Assembly (NCBI GenBank): GCA_964016885.1
Contig: OZ024759.1
Span: 29,202,001 to 29,266,000 of the forward strand
Length of the DNA: 64,000 bases
Origin: Eledone cirrhosa
Taxonomy: Eukaryota
Direction of reading: 5' to 3'
A model generated the notes under the pieces. The model was not told the origin of the DNA and searched no databases. It saw only the letters and a list, made by a program, of their open reading frames with translations. Both the position numbers and the translations under genes were made by a program. This document shows, one piece after another, positions 28,290-43,142 of the stretch. The first letter of the stretch is position 1. Each line of letters opens with the position of its first letter.

Positions 28290-29116
28290 TTATGTATATA
28301 TATATATATGTGTCTGTGTATATATGTATATATATGTGTGTATATATATAAATATATGTGTGTGTGTATATACATATACATATATACACACACATATATA
28401 TACATACACATATATATATATGTAGAGAGAGAGAAGGGAGGTCTTGGTTAAAATCTGTAAAATATAAAACACATAACGTCATTTACACAGCAACAGAAGG
28501 AAAGGGTGATGGCAGGTAGGGTATGGGAGTGGGACAGAGGTCAGGAAGTATGGGTTTACCTGTCTCGGTTTTTCGTAAGTAATGATCGTTCGATTCCCTC
28601 CATCAAGTTCTCAAAACACTGGGCCATCGCTGGCTGTTTGTCTGCTGGCTGGCTGGAAATGATGCTGTCCTTCAACTTATGGAAATACTGACGAAACGAC
28701 ACGAGGAAGAGGAAGAAAAAAGAAGGAAAAAAAAAAAAAAGGAGAATATAACACCTTGGTAACAACATTATCAAATATTGTTGTCATAGTTACAGTTACC
28801 AACATTATCAAATGTTGTCATAGTTACAGTTACCAACATTATCAAATATTGTTGTCAGTTACTGTTAACAACAATAACATACACCAACATTTCCACTCTA
28901 GGTGCAACCATGTGGTTCTGGATCTAATGCCACTGTGCAGCACCTTGGGTAAGTGTCTTCTACTGTAGCTACAGACTGGCCAATACCTTCTCACTGAGAT
29001 ATGGTAGATGGAAACAACAAGATATTTACAATCCCGCAAATATGCGGTGGTTTCCACAAACAATTATTAGCTAGGCTCTATGGGAAATTCCGCCAATGTT
29101 AGGGGTACACTGTATG

Positions 29117-29155
<39 letters not shown>

Positions 29156-32100
29156 GACGTAGAATAAGAAAATTTTAAAAATTAAAAATTAACTTACTAA
29201 AATTTTAGTAAGTTAATTTTTAATTTTTAAAATTTTCTTATTTTACATCTTTCATATAATTGTTCTGCACCCCCCTGCATAGAACCACCTAGGTACTGAC
29301 ATAACTTATATATTTGCTAGCATTAGTGTACATCTGTACGCATATGTTGGTAGATGTACTAATTCTCTCTATATATATATATATGACTAGAACAGGTGAA
29401 AGAGTATATGATTTCACTGCCCTGTGTGTGTGTGTATATATATATATATATTAAACCTTGTTTTTAGTACCCACACAGCTCTTTTCGTTTCATATCATTT
29501 TATATATATATATATATAAATTCATACATATAAATATATTTATATGTATAAATATATTTATACATATAAATGAAGTATTTCCGTAGGCTACAGAGCTTTT
29601 TAGTTATGTAATAACTAGTAAATGAAATAATTATCTTATGTTGTTTATTGCACATTTTTTCGGGCGTATGTGTTACCCATATAAAACTGTCTCCCTCTAT
29701 TGGGGAAAATCGACTAATTTTTAAATTGCATTTGTGATAATATTTTACACGTTTTTATTGTATGTAAACTTCCCCCTTTGTATTTGACCCCTTCTTTTGT
29801 GTCCCTGTGGCTAATAAAGCAACACATATATATATATACACACATACATGTGTATGTTTATGAGTCTGTGCTTATGTCCAGTAGCTTATTAGTTTGACAA
29901 AAAAGTTCAATAAAAATAAGTACCAGTGTTGACGTGATTGACTAAATGAAGGCAGTGCCCCAGCATGCCCATAGTCTTATGACTGACTGAAACCCCGTAT
30001 ATGAGTAAAAAGATAAGTTTACTTACATCTTCATTCAGCAAGATCAGGCCCAGAAGGGGCCGAGACATGGACCACTGGTTACGACAGTCTTCAAACATGA
30101 TAATATTTAAAACGGTTGATAACATCTGGAATAGAAAAACAGATAAGTGAGCTTGAAGGAAATCCCTCAAAAGCATACTCGTTTAGTTTAACCCCTTAGC
30201 ATTTACATTACTCTATATATACTATTATATCTCCATCGTAAAGGCTTTACTTCACATTATTATCTCAGATGATATCAAATCTATAAGATTTTGATGTCAA
30301 TCATTTTGAGAACAATACCGTAACATAAGTATGAGCAGCCAGTTACAGCCAGTTTGAACAGAAAGAGGTGAGAGAATCCTGGTCAGATATGGCCAGTTTA
30401 AATACTTGCGATACAGCCTATTTGAAACAACCCCTTGAGTCTATCATACAAAACTGTCTATTTGAAAATGTTTATATTTATCTAAAAATCTTACTTCATA
30501 ATTTTATGCAAAAACCTTTGTTAAGAAATCTTCCAAACACCTGCTTATCCCTTTTGATACAGCACACTTGAAACAACCTCTTGTTTCTACGACACAAACT
30601 TTGCCCTCCTCACCTGTTGTAAAATTTCTGGGTGGACTTCAAGGATTCTGAGGAATGCTTCACTGTCTCGTATGTTGGTCGGATGATTCTTCTTTTTCTT
30701 TCGAGTTAGACGTCGAAATAGATATGTGACAATGTTGTCCAGTATTGCACAACAGCCTGTACACACCATAGTATCTAAACATAGAATAAATAACAACACA
30801 ATATTGTTAAATACTGCACATACAATGGCGTTTAAGTATATAGGATAACAATACAATATTGTTCAGTATTGCACAACAGCCTGTACACACCATAATATCT
30901 AAATATAGAATAGATAACACAATATTGATAAATACTGTAAGCAAATTACGGGGTCAATAAAATAAAGCACCAGTAATGCACTGGAGTAATTGCTGGCCTT
31001 GTGCCAAAAATAGAAACATCATTATTAATATTATAACAACAACAACAACACTTACCTAAAGCAGTTAGTCCCTCGGATATTGTAGATAGAATGTAGAGAA
31101 AGACTTGTGGTTCCAAGTTACTGATAAACATCATGTGGTCTTGAGCAAGGCATTCTAGCAATGCATAATAGTTTTGGCTGAGCTTTGGATAATCCTAACA
31201 TTGCAATAGGGAGAAAAAATATAAAACAAAGAATAATAAAAGTTGCTTTCTAACATAGGCACAAGGCCAGCAATTTGAAGAGAAGGTTGTTTATATCCTC
31301 ACACATACATAGACGCACTCAGACACAGTTACTCATAGATATGGAAATGGGAAATGATCATTTGATGTCATACAGTCCAATGAGAGACACACACACACAG
31401 ACATGGAGAAGTGATATAAAACAACCATTTGATATCAAATAGATTAACCTCAGACACATATATACACAGGCACAAACACAGCATCGCAGACTTGGCGAAG
31501 TGGTGTGAGACAACCATTTGGTGCTAAATAAACCAACCTCATACACATAGACACACACAGAGTCGCAGACTTGGAAATGTGATGTGAAATGACAATTCCT
31601 TACCAAAAGATCATTCTGTGGTATAGATAATAATAACTTGACAAACATTGCTAAAGCGTTATCAAGGGCGTCATCACCATAAAGTCTGAACACACCAAAA
31701 TTTACATAGTTTCCACACAGAGCTGCCTTCAACATTGAAAAACATATAGAAATTCCTTTTAACGTGAGAAAGACAAAGAGTTAAGGACAACAGAGCAACA
31801 GTTTTGAAATTTATAAATACCACACTTGAAGTATTGAGGTCACCATAGAAGCCATTGAAAGAGACATTGGTAATTTGTAGATCAAAGAGGTTCTTATTAA
31901 CAGGTAAAAACTAAATATTAACAACAGATCTGAGCTACATGGCGCTGGCTGGCTTCAATGACTGGTCTGCACATGTAATCTTTCCTCCAATGGTCAGTCA
32001 CACAATAAAGAATAGTTCATTTGATAAAGAAGCCCCCCCCCCCCCCCCCCTCACCTCAAAATATTATCAAATATAGAGTAAAACTATCGTTTTGTATTGT

Positions 32101-35100
32101 CAATCTTACTTTACTCTAGTTCCACCAATATATATTTCCTATGTAAATGTGGTTAGTGTTAGGAAAGGCATCCCGCTGTAAAATACCCAGCCAAATTTAC
32201 AGTCCTCGCCAGCGTGGACAACCCATCTAACCCATGCATGGAAAAGTGGACGTTAAACAATGACGACAATTTGCATTATACCACCAGCTTAATAATGAGA
32301 AACTTAGTTGTTTTACTAAATTCATTGAAACATTTTATTTTCAAAAATATTTGAAAATTATAGGCAGTGTCTATAATTTGTCATTTAACACCACATGGGT
32401 GAGCAGACCTAACACCATCACCATCTGGACTCTGGGTGACTTTAAAGTGAGTAGCTCTGAAGATGTGACCCCTATCTTAGTGGGAAAAATGTTTTCAACA
32501 GGAACCACCAAAGATTTTGAGATATAAGCTAACTTGAAAAATTAGAGAAAAAAAAGTTTTCATATTTCAGCCAAAAAAAGGATATTTCATTGGGTACAAC
32601 TGATCCTTAGGAATATCACCAATAGAAAGGATTCGTTCACCTGAAAATATATTAAAAAAATAAACTAGAAAACATTGTTAACAGGTAGGAATATAACAGA
32701 TGATTTCTATCAAGTTATTGTACTTTCTCTTGTACAAATTCTCCGCTAATTTTGAATTATAAATTAGAACCTTTCCCCACTCCATCTAAATAAGAACTTT
32801 TCATGAGCTCGGTTGATCTTGCTAGGGAATCAAACCAGATCAGTTTGAGATGGTTGTTTCTAACAGGAGCTGCTGGAAGGAGTGTTTAAAGACTCTGCCC
32901 CCATGACCCTACCAGGAATAAGTGGGAAGAGGAAGAAGAGGAGCTACTTACCATAACTAACAACAATTTTGCTAATTTCTCTAAACAATAACACACCATT
33001 TGGTGATGAGACATCAAACTGTAACCTCTGTGAGCTGAAAAGAAATATTTAGATAGGGCAGTTTTTAAAACAACATATTAATTTATTCAAATTAACCCCT
33101 TTTGAATTGCCAATAAAATTAAGCCAACACCCATTTTTAAAAGGTTCCTATTTAAATTAAAATCTTTCAACATAACCCACTTTGAAATGTTTTATTTCAT
33201 AAAAACCACCACCTACAAGAGTGGGTTCAAAAGTTCATAGCCCGACTAGGAAGAAGTAATACTAGAGATGTGAAATCTCGCGTGCACTAATTTCAATTCC
33301 TCTAATTAATAATTGCATTGTTTCTTTCCAGGGACTATGTTGAAAAATAAACCTCATTTGGTCATTCCATGGGAGCATCTTTGTTAAACTAAGAACTTTT
33401 CTGCCGCCACTCATATTTTAAAAGGTTTCTATTTAAATTTAAATCTTTCAATATAATTTGATATAAAGGGCCTTTAGTTATGCTACAAACACCATCTTAA
33501 TAATGAAACAATTTTAATATATTACTCCAATCTTCTCTTGTACACTACATTTGATCCCTCCTATACCCAGTTATTCTCTCAGCTCACCCATACTTTGTCT
33601 TACATCCACAGAAGCATGTCAGCTTCATTTTTCTCCAGCCTTCGCATATCTTCTGCATTCGCTGCCAATGTTTCACTACCATGCAACATCACACATCACA
33701 TACAAGTATCATACAGTCGGTCCTTCGTTCATGCAGAGAAATCCTTTGCTATCAACAGAAGTACAGCAGATAGATGTATAATACTATTTACCGATTCTGA
33801 GCCAGCTCAGCCATAAGTTTCAAAACGGGTGTCGTAACAGATGGATCATGATACCATAATTCAACTGCCCGGTGTAATACTGGTGTGTAAGTAGGATAGC
33901 TAGCACTGATTAAGGAAATTATAACAACAACATTGTTATTTTTTAGTACATTATAACATTATCGTTATTTTTAAGGATGTTGTGACATTATCATTATTTT
34001 TAAGGACATTATAACAATATTATCATTATTTTTAAGGATGTTATAAACATTATCATTATTTGTTAGTACAAGGTGTGTCAGGGGGGCAAAAATACCAGCA
34101 CACCTTTGGTACCCAATTTTCAACAACAATACAATATAAAAAAATGTACCAGTAATGTCTTGGGTAAACAAGGAGGTGGGGGTAAAAGATGTACCAGTAA
34201 TATCTTAGATGCGCAAGGAGGTGAGAGGTAAAAGATATGCCAGTAATGTCTTGGGTACACAAGGAGGTGGGCGGTAAAAAATGTACCAGTAATGTCTTGG
34301 ATGCACAAGGAGGTGGGAGGTAAAAGATGTACCAGTTATGTCTTTAGTAGATGGAGAAGGGGTGAAGAAAGAAATACTAGCACATCTTTGGTACAGAATC
34401 TTCAACAATAACAACAACATAAAAGGATACATCCAATCAAAATTCATCATATAACTAGTTTTGGTATTAAAGGCAAACGCAACACCTCGTAAATCTCTGG
34501 CCAGGCCAATTAACGATCTCTACAATTAAAAATTAGAAAAAAACAGAGAAAATTAAGAATCAAAGAAGCCATTATCATCAACAAGAAAAAGACACATAAA
34601 TAAAAAAATTGGAAATGCATGAAGTGGATTGGCTCCTTTAACTGCTCCAAGTACATGAATTTTAGACACTTAGACCAGTTAAGGAAGAATATGTTGATTG
34701 TTCGTTTTTGTTTTGAACCGTTTACATTTTACATTTGAAAAGTGGTTAAAAAAAGAGTAAAGACCACCTTCGGTCACGAATGACCATGGGATTTGCGCAG
34801 ACAAAGTTCTCCTCCAAGGCACAAGTCTGAGCAAGGTTGTTTGTGGAAGACCAGCAGTCACCCATGCATACCAGTCTACCAGTCTCCCCTCTCGACGCCA
34901 CCGATGTTGTCCAAGCGAAAGGCAATGGCTGATACAGCTTGACACCAGAGATGTCACAACATGTATATATATATATGCACTCTATACAATATATACACCC
35001 TATATATGATACACTATATATGATGTCCAAGGGAAAGGCAATGGCCGATACAGCTCGACACCAGTGACATGGCAACTCATTTCTACAGCTGAGTGAACTG

Positions 35101-38100
35101 CAACAACATGAAATAAAGTGCCTTGCTCAAGAATACAACACAAAGCCTGCTCCAAGAATCAAACTCATAACCTCATGATTGTAAACCCGACGCTCTGACC
35201 ACTAAGCCATGTACCTTCACATTTGAAGAGGGTAATAGCCCTGAAGTATGTTGAAATATACTGGGTAAAACGTTACTTTGTTTTGTTTTATTTGTCATAA
35301 TTTTTTGCCCTTTATTATACCTCTACTAGCTTTCTGAAACTTATCAATCGTTATTACAAATTAATATTTAACCTTTGTATCATTCTGGTTGTATGATACA
35401 AAACTGTTTATTATCAAAGTGTTTGTGAAATAATAATAATTATAAACCGCTCACCTTAGCTTCTTCCATTTTGTTTTGGGTGTTTGCATTGGCAAGCATG
35501 TTTCCAACAGCATCAAAAGCAGCTACAATATAAGAGGAGAGACAGAATCATAGAATATAAGATTACATCAAAAGTAAGCTACAATATAGGAAGAGGAGAG
35601 ACAGAATCATGGAATATAAGATTACATCAATAGTAGCTACAATATAAGAAGAGGAGAGACAGAATCGTGGAATATAAGATTACATCAATAGTAGCTACAA
35701 TATAAGAGGAGGAACGACAGAATCATGGAATATAAGATTACATCAACAGTAACTACAATATAAGAGAAGGAACGACAGAATCATGGAATATAAGATTATA
35801 ATATCAAAAGAAGTTTATAATAAATGTGCAGAAAGAGAAATTGAGAAAGGACATAGCTTCTTAGGATTCAAAGATGAATGTTCTCGTTGTTCAGTCAACG
35901 GAAAAATTGCTTGTAAAATTAATGTGCAAGTGGCTGAGCATTCCAGACCCGTAGTCTTAGTATAATTCACAGGGAGATTCAGCACATGACACAGTGTGTG
36001 ATAAGGTCAATCCTTTGAAATACAGGGACTGTCCATCCAACAGGTTCCAAACAGTCATCATCTACCAAATTTCTAAATATCAATCAGATGGTAAATGACA
36101 CTGGCTTAAGATGTCACACAGTGAGATTGAACCTGGGACTCAATAATGGCGATGTAAACTTCTTAATCATTTAGCCACGCAGCGTCCACAATTCATAAGG
36201 CATGGGTTGACATATTAAAGTTAGTTAAAACTTGTTCTAAGCCAGAGGCTCATCAGGTCAGTGCTTATCCCCATTTTCCTTGGCGTTAAGCAATTGAGAG
36301 TACATGACTTTTCCTGAATAGGATGCCAGTATATCACAGGTTTGACTCCCTGCTACTGCTGGTATTCACTTTCAATTGAGTGTACTGGAGCAACGTGAAA
36401 TAAAGTGTTTTGCTCAAGAACACAATGCAACAGCCTGTCCAGGAATTGAACCGATCACATTACAATCATACCTCAATTATCCTAACCATTAGGCCATGCA
36501 TTCTAACCATTAGGTCATGCACCCTCACCATTAGGCCATGTAGCTATGGTAAATAACACTTGCACAAGATATCTCGTAATGGGATCAAACATAGGACCTC
36601 ATGTTTGCAAAGAGAACTCTTTAACTGCTTGGCCAGGTGAAAACAGAATGACAGGACAAGAAAAGTAGATGAAATTCAACAAGAAGAACAACAATGATAT
36701 AGTTACATGTGAGTGGTAACATAAACTGATCAAACTTCTCCTCATCTTCACCCAGGTCTACCAGCAGTAACCTTCCAAGTGCCGTGTAAAACGTGGTCCG
36801 ACACCTCATATCTGCCATAATATTACCATTTGTGTTCACTCCCAGGAATGGAAAGTGGTCACTCTGGAAGAATGAAAGAAAAAAAGTTAGAAAGAATTAA
36901 AATGTAGTGTTTTATAGAAAGAATTAAAATGTAGTGTTTTATATAATCCAAACAGTTTGGATGGGACCACTCTCAAGGGTCGGGATCCGATCACATGATC
37001 AAACACGAGCTGATCAATATAGAAACAATTGTAATATGAAATAAAGTTTACAAAAAGCTGCAATTCTTATTGTCACTCTGCAAACTACAGCCGCCTTAAA
37101 CTTGGAGCACATCCCAACGAGGGAAGGACCCCCGTAACAGCATTGAGTGCTTCGACTAGCGTTACCACTAGTAACCACAAGTTACGCACATAACATATAT
37201 CATCATCCAGCGGCCTCAGCCAAAATGGACTCAACTATTGATCTCCACGTGGGTCTGTCGTTCATTGCCGTTGCCAAGTACTGGATTTCAATACCAGAAT
37301 CTCTGGAGATGACATCGGGATAGGGGAGCTTGCACCCCCCTGTTATTAGTGACTGCTTGTGGTTTCCAAAACCCTAATGGGGACACAGCGACATTGGTGG
37401 CACGATGGCAGTGGCCAGCAAATCTTACTCTCCTTTTACGTACAACGGCAGATATGCGTTGGAGGCCGGCATATATCTCTCTCAAAGTCATATATATATA
37501 TATATGCACACACAGACTGAACTTATGAGTGTGTCAGGCAGTGCATTCAGTAGTAGTAACAGAATAAGTAGTAATAGTAGCAACAGTATTGTTAGTAGTA
37601 ACAAAAAGAGAGTGTGTGAGAACAAAAAATAACCAACTCACTGTGTGGTTATTGAGCATGAGTTGTACAGCCTCCAATTTGACTAGTTTGCGACCACTAC
37701 TATAACCAACTGACAACTCACTCAATAACAGAAGGGTCTTTGTAATAATCTGTTCACTCCGACCCCAATATTTCAGGTTTGTAATGCTGCAGAAAAGAGG
37801 GGAAACATTTTTTTTAAAATTAAAACCATACATTATGTATTATTGTATCGAAATTCAGATAATTCCCTGAGCAAACTAAGGATGTTGAAACGGAGTAGAA
37901 ATTGTTTAGCTTAGCAGTTTCTGCTTCAGCTGTTAAATGGTGTGGGCAAAAGAGGCTTGGTGTGGCGCCAGATGGCAGGAGGACCCCTTGGTTCAATCAA
38001 GAGGTCAAAGATGCCATCCGCACAAATAAGGACATAAAAATGATAATGAAGATGATAGAGTAGAAAACCAATTATATATTACACACACACACACGCAGAC

Positions 38101-39888
38101 ATACACAAAAACAAACACATACATTCATCATCTTCGTTTAACGTCCATCTTCCACGCTAGCATGGGTTAGACATTATGTATTGTTATACAGTTTTACGTC
38201 GCGCTCAGTTTCCCCACTTCCCAGATCGGCAAAAAAGAACATCTGGGCATCATAAGAGATCTGCCCAAGAACTAAACTTTGCATCTTCAACTCCATAAAG
38301 GTGGTACTGCTGTATGAATGGGAAACTTGGAGGACAACAAAGAAGATGCAGCAGAAGATCCAGACATTCTTCAACAATTTCTGAGGCACATCTACAACAT
38401 CAAATGGCCTGAGATCAGAAATGAAGATCTGTGGGAGCGAGTGGAACAAGAACCAATGGCAAAGCAGATTCTGCAGAGGAAGTGGAGGTGGATTGGACAT
38501 ACCCTCAGGAAACCACCTACCAAAACCACACGTCAAGCCCTGACCTGGAACCCACAGAGTAAGAGAAGTCAGTCCCACAGCAGCTAAAGACATGACACTG
38601 AGGCTGAATTAAGAAAACTGGAAGCCAACTGGAGTGGCAAGAGCATTCCAGGATTGTATATGATGGTGGAGGGTCATCAATGGCCTAAGCTCCACAGAGA
38701 GCGATGGGGCTGAATGAATGAATGAATACAGTTTTACATTTTTACATATTTATGTATACAAAATAGTTGAAATATTTCTCAAGTTACAACCAACACTTTC
38801 ACACAAATGGTAGATAGTAAAATAGATATTTGGTAGTTTCTTACATTTTCCCAATAAAAACACTTAATACCATTGATTCATCACTCAACCTTAAAACTTC
38901 GGAAAGTCTTCGGTACACCTAGAAAATATAGAAATATGAATTACATTAAGGATACACGTGTCTGTGAAACACTCAGTCTGTTACATTAAATAATGGTTTC
39001 TGAGTTAAGCAAAAGGCCAACAATTTTGGTGGAGGAGAAAAGTTGATTAAGTCAACTCCAGTGCATTACTGGTATTTTATTTTATCAAGCTCCGTAAGGA
39101 TGAAAGGCAAAGCTAACCTCGAGGATTTGAATCAGAACGTAAAGGGTCGTAACTCTATGCTGAAAAGCATGTTGTCCGACACTCTACCATTGATGCCAAT
39201 CCACTACCCTGATGGTAGTAGTAATGGCTTCTGATTTAGGCCCAAGGCCAACAATTTTGGGGGAGGAGAAGGTCGATCAAATTGGCACCAGAATATAAAG
39301 GGACGTAACTCTATGCAACAAACCATGCCAGATGCTTTAACAATATTGCCAACCCACCGCCCTGATGGTAATAATAGCAACAAGAAAAGATATCTGACCT
39401 TTGAAGTTTTCTGGACTTGATCACCAACATAAATCTTGCGAAACTGTTCAAAGAAACTCAAGATGGCAAGTTCTAGTTTTTCACAACCACTCTGTTGTAA
39501 ACGAGAGTCTGTGAGGTTCATCAACTGTAGCACTCTGGAATAATAATATAGAAATAATAAGCATTATTACATACCCACATGTATGACTGCTACCTACTCC
39601 GTACCAGACCAGCAGTCTTCTCTCATGCACACAACATCGGCTTTCTCTTAAACCCAGTTTTTCTCTCAGTCCATCTGCGCACACACACATGCATGGATGA
39701 AGGACAAGAGTCCGAAACGTTAAGACCCTTTTCCAACTATATCAAGCAAAACACTAATATATTTCTTCATTGTACTGTGTCGTTTGCTTTGTTATTTCTG
39801 TGATAAAGGCATATTGGACACTGGGAAGAATTTTTTTTGTTTTTTGGGGGAAAAGTGCATCCAATAGGACAGCAAATACAGTAACTGA

Positions 39889-39932
<44 letters not shown>

Positions 39933-42909
39933 AAGAAAGATGACTTACCGACATACAAGCTCTCCATCCATAGTATCATGTTCATCTGTACTGGCAAACG
40001 ACACCCTACCACCCACAACAGCACCAATTATGTACACCAACCATGTTAGACGACCTGGAAAATAAATAATAGAAACAGCATAGCATTACTAGATAATACA
40101 TTTCCTAACCTTCACACACTACTCATACATCTACCTGTTTTCACCTTATCCAAACTTTCCTGATGAAGGACTTCTGTCCAAAACATTGAACCTTCCTCCA
40201 AGCGTGAACCTAATACAACTGTATTTTTGCATTCCTGTGTGTTTTGTTTTGTTTCATTTATTTACATATTAACCGTTTCTATGGCTCATTAAAAAAGTGC
40301 ACAGCCCACAATATAACGCGGTCGTTTTTATGCCACTATAAAAAGCACCCAGTACGCACTGTAAATGTGGTTGGCATTAGAAACCAAGCCAGAATCAGTT
40401 CTGTATGAGCCAGACACACTCATCTGATCTAGCTAGTCTTAAGAAAGGGACAACTCGTCTAACCCATGCTAACATCAAAAAATGAATGTTAAACAGTGAT
40501 GATGATGATATGTGTGTGTGTGTGTGTGTAATGTATTGGTGTCGTTCCAGTCACTCACCTTGCTGCACTGCTACTTCAACACTTTGTCCACCAGATGAAA
40601 TCAGTTCCTGGTACCTTTGTGCAGCCTCATCAAACAGCTGCACCAATAGTGCGCAAGTTTTCTCATATTCACATCGTCCTATAGTTGATAGCTGAAATCA
40701 AAGAAATAAACAAGTGCTATCAAACTGTACCACTAACCCCTTCACAAATACATCGCAACACACAAGTGCTAACACTATTGTTGATTTTTTTTTACATAAT
40801 CTACATGATAAAAAGCATCCAGTTCAGGTAGTCATACTGGGGCCATGACAAAAAGCCTCCAGACCACATTGTAAAGTGGTTATGTTGCTGACACAACAAA
40901 AGTCACCTAGTTCACCCTGTAAGATGGCAGTGCTGGTTCCACGAAAATAGCTCCCAGTACACCTATAAGGTAGTCATACTGGTGCCATGACAAAAAACAC
41001 CCACCCAGCCCACCCTATAAGATGGTAGTGTTGGTGCCACGAAAAAAAGCTCTCGGTCAACACTGAAATGTGGTAGGCATTAGGAAAGACCTCCAGTTAT
41101 AAAAAAACCATGCCAAAAATGGGTCACATGAGCAAAACATGGATTATCTAACCAGTCAAGCTGAGTTTCTGACCCCTCTGATGAGCTGGGGGCTGCATCT
41201 TGCTTACTTACATTACCACACTGCATCGCATGCTCAGGCACGCCAGGAGCCCACATCTCGTTTTACAAAATGTTCCCAAGCTCTACTGGCATCAGGACTA
41301 TGGAGATTATGTTTTTGGCACAGTTGAATAGTCTCCTTCACCCTTTGTTTGGCAGGTTTTCAATTGCTGGATTCCCTCCTATCATGTCTTTGGCACAGCT
41401 GAAGAGTCCTTCTGACCCTTTGTTTGTATCAGTCTAAGAAAAATCTTAAGAAAGCATAGGCACTACCTTATTTACACCAAAATAAGAAATAGTTAATTTT
41501 ACCTGATCTAGTTGTTGAGTTACCATTCCATTATCTTCTAAAGGATCTTCAAGACCCTCACTGCAAGTAAAACACCAAAAATATGTCCATTTTTAATACT
41601 CAGGTTAATATGTTCATTGGATTTGGATATATATATATAAGGAGAAAGAACGAAAGAAAAGTAAAAGAAAAAAAAGGAACCTCTTAAAATTCTCTAACAG
41701 GATTAAATCTTTTGATAACATTAATTAATTAATTAAAATGGAGACTATTTGATTAGGAATATGGTCAGAAAATGGAGAAACAAATTAGTAATAGAAGCAA
41801 ATATAGCTGTTATCTTACGTAAGGGCCACGTGGACAGATTCCATCCTTGAGGTAATATAGGCTTTAGTGACTTCTGGTGTATAGGTTTCTAATAGATGAG
41901 GTTCGGAAGCTTTCACATAAGGAACAGAAGCCACCATACGCTGCCACAAACTCAATAAATAATGTATACTGTTTGGTGCACACTGCCACATCTGAAAATA
42001 AGGAAGATCACAAGAAATATTATATATTACAATTATCATTACCATCACCCTTTAACGTCCATTATTCCATGCTTGCATGGGTTAGATGGGTTGTTCACGT
42101 CAGACAAGTCTGGCCAGTTGGCTGCACCATGCCTTACTCAAACGGAACTCCCATCATTTTTGAGAAACGTGGATTAGCCATGTCTATGCAATGACACATG
42201 CTTAACAGTCAGGCAGATGATAAGCCATCTCCTAGAAGTCACTATCCTTGGAGGCATCAATCATCAAGGAGAAAGTGCATTTACGGAGGTAAACACAATG
42301 ATGATGGCAATGATGATAGCCAGATTTTGGTGATTTTTATGGCAGAAAGTTTGAAGTAGAGAAGCAGAGACAGTAAAATACTTACTCGTAAACTGGTTAC
42401 TGTAAATTCAGCAATGAGTTTTATAATTTCAGGATAGTTATCTACTTTAACAAGTTCTCCTAGTTGATAATTTGATTTCAAGCGGGCAAGCAACCGACAA
42501 AATTCATGGTAGTTATTAGGATGTGACAAACTCTGGGGAAACGAAACAAAACCACAAATAAATACAGTATTTACATTGGAACAGATTCTAAACTACAGTT
42601 TATATTCACAAAATTTAATTCATATGAAGTCAGAAAAGGAAAACATGCATAAATAAATATATATATATATATAAAAATAATTTTCGCTCTACATGGCTGA
42701 ATACAATAAATGTAATCTGAGTTTTTCGAATATTAATAATAATATTTGATTCGTTTGCAATTATGCAAACAAGCCTGCAGTTCTGTTTACATGCCAACAC
42801 AAGAGCAAGAATGAGGGGCTCATTCTACTGACATGGCTTTAAAAATGAGGCTTGTTTGCATAATTGCAAACGAATCGAATGTTATTATTAATATTTGAAA
42901 AACTCAGAT

Positions 42910-42963
<54 letters not shown>

Positions 42964-43108
42964 CAATGTTGTCTCTGATTGAGATAAAGCGAGAGTGTAT
43001 TTAAATACATATAAAAACAGCATTTAGCTGTTTTAACAGTTATTCTAGCGAAGTGGATTTACTTACATAAAGGTAATGGAAGATCGATTCTTACCACCCA
43101 TATACACA

Positions 43109-43142
<34 letters not shown>

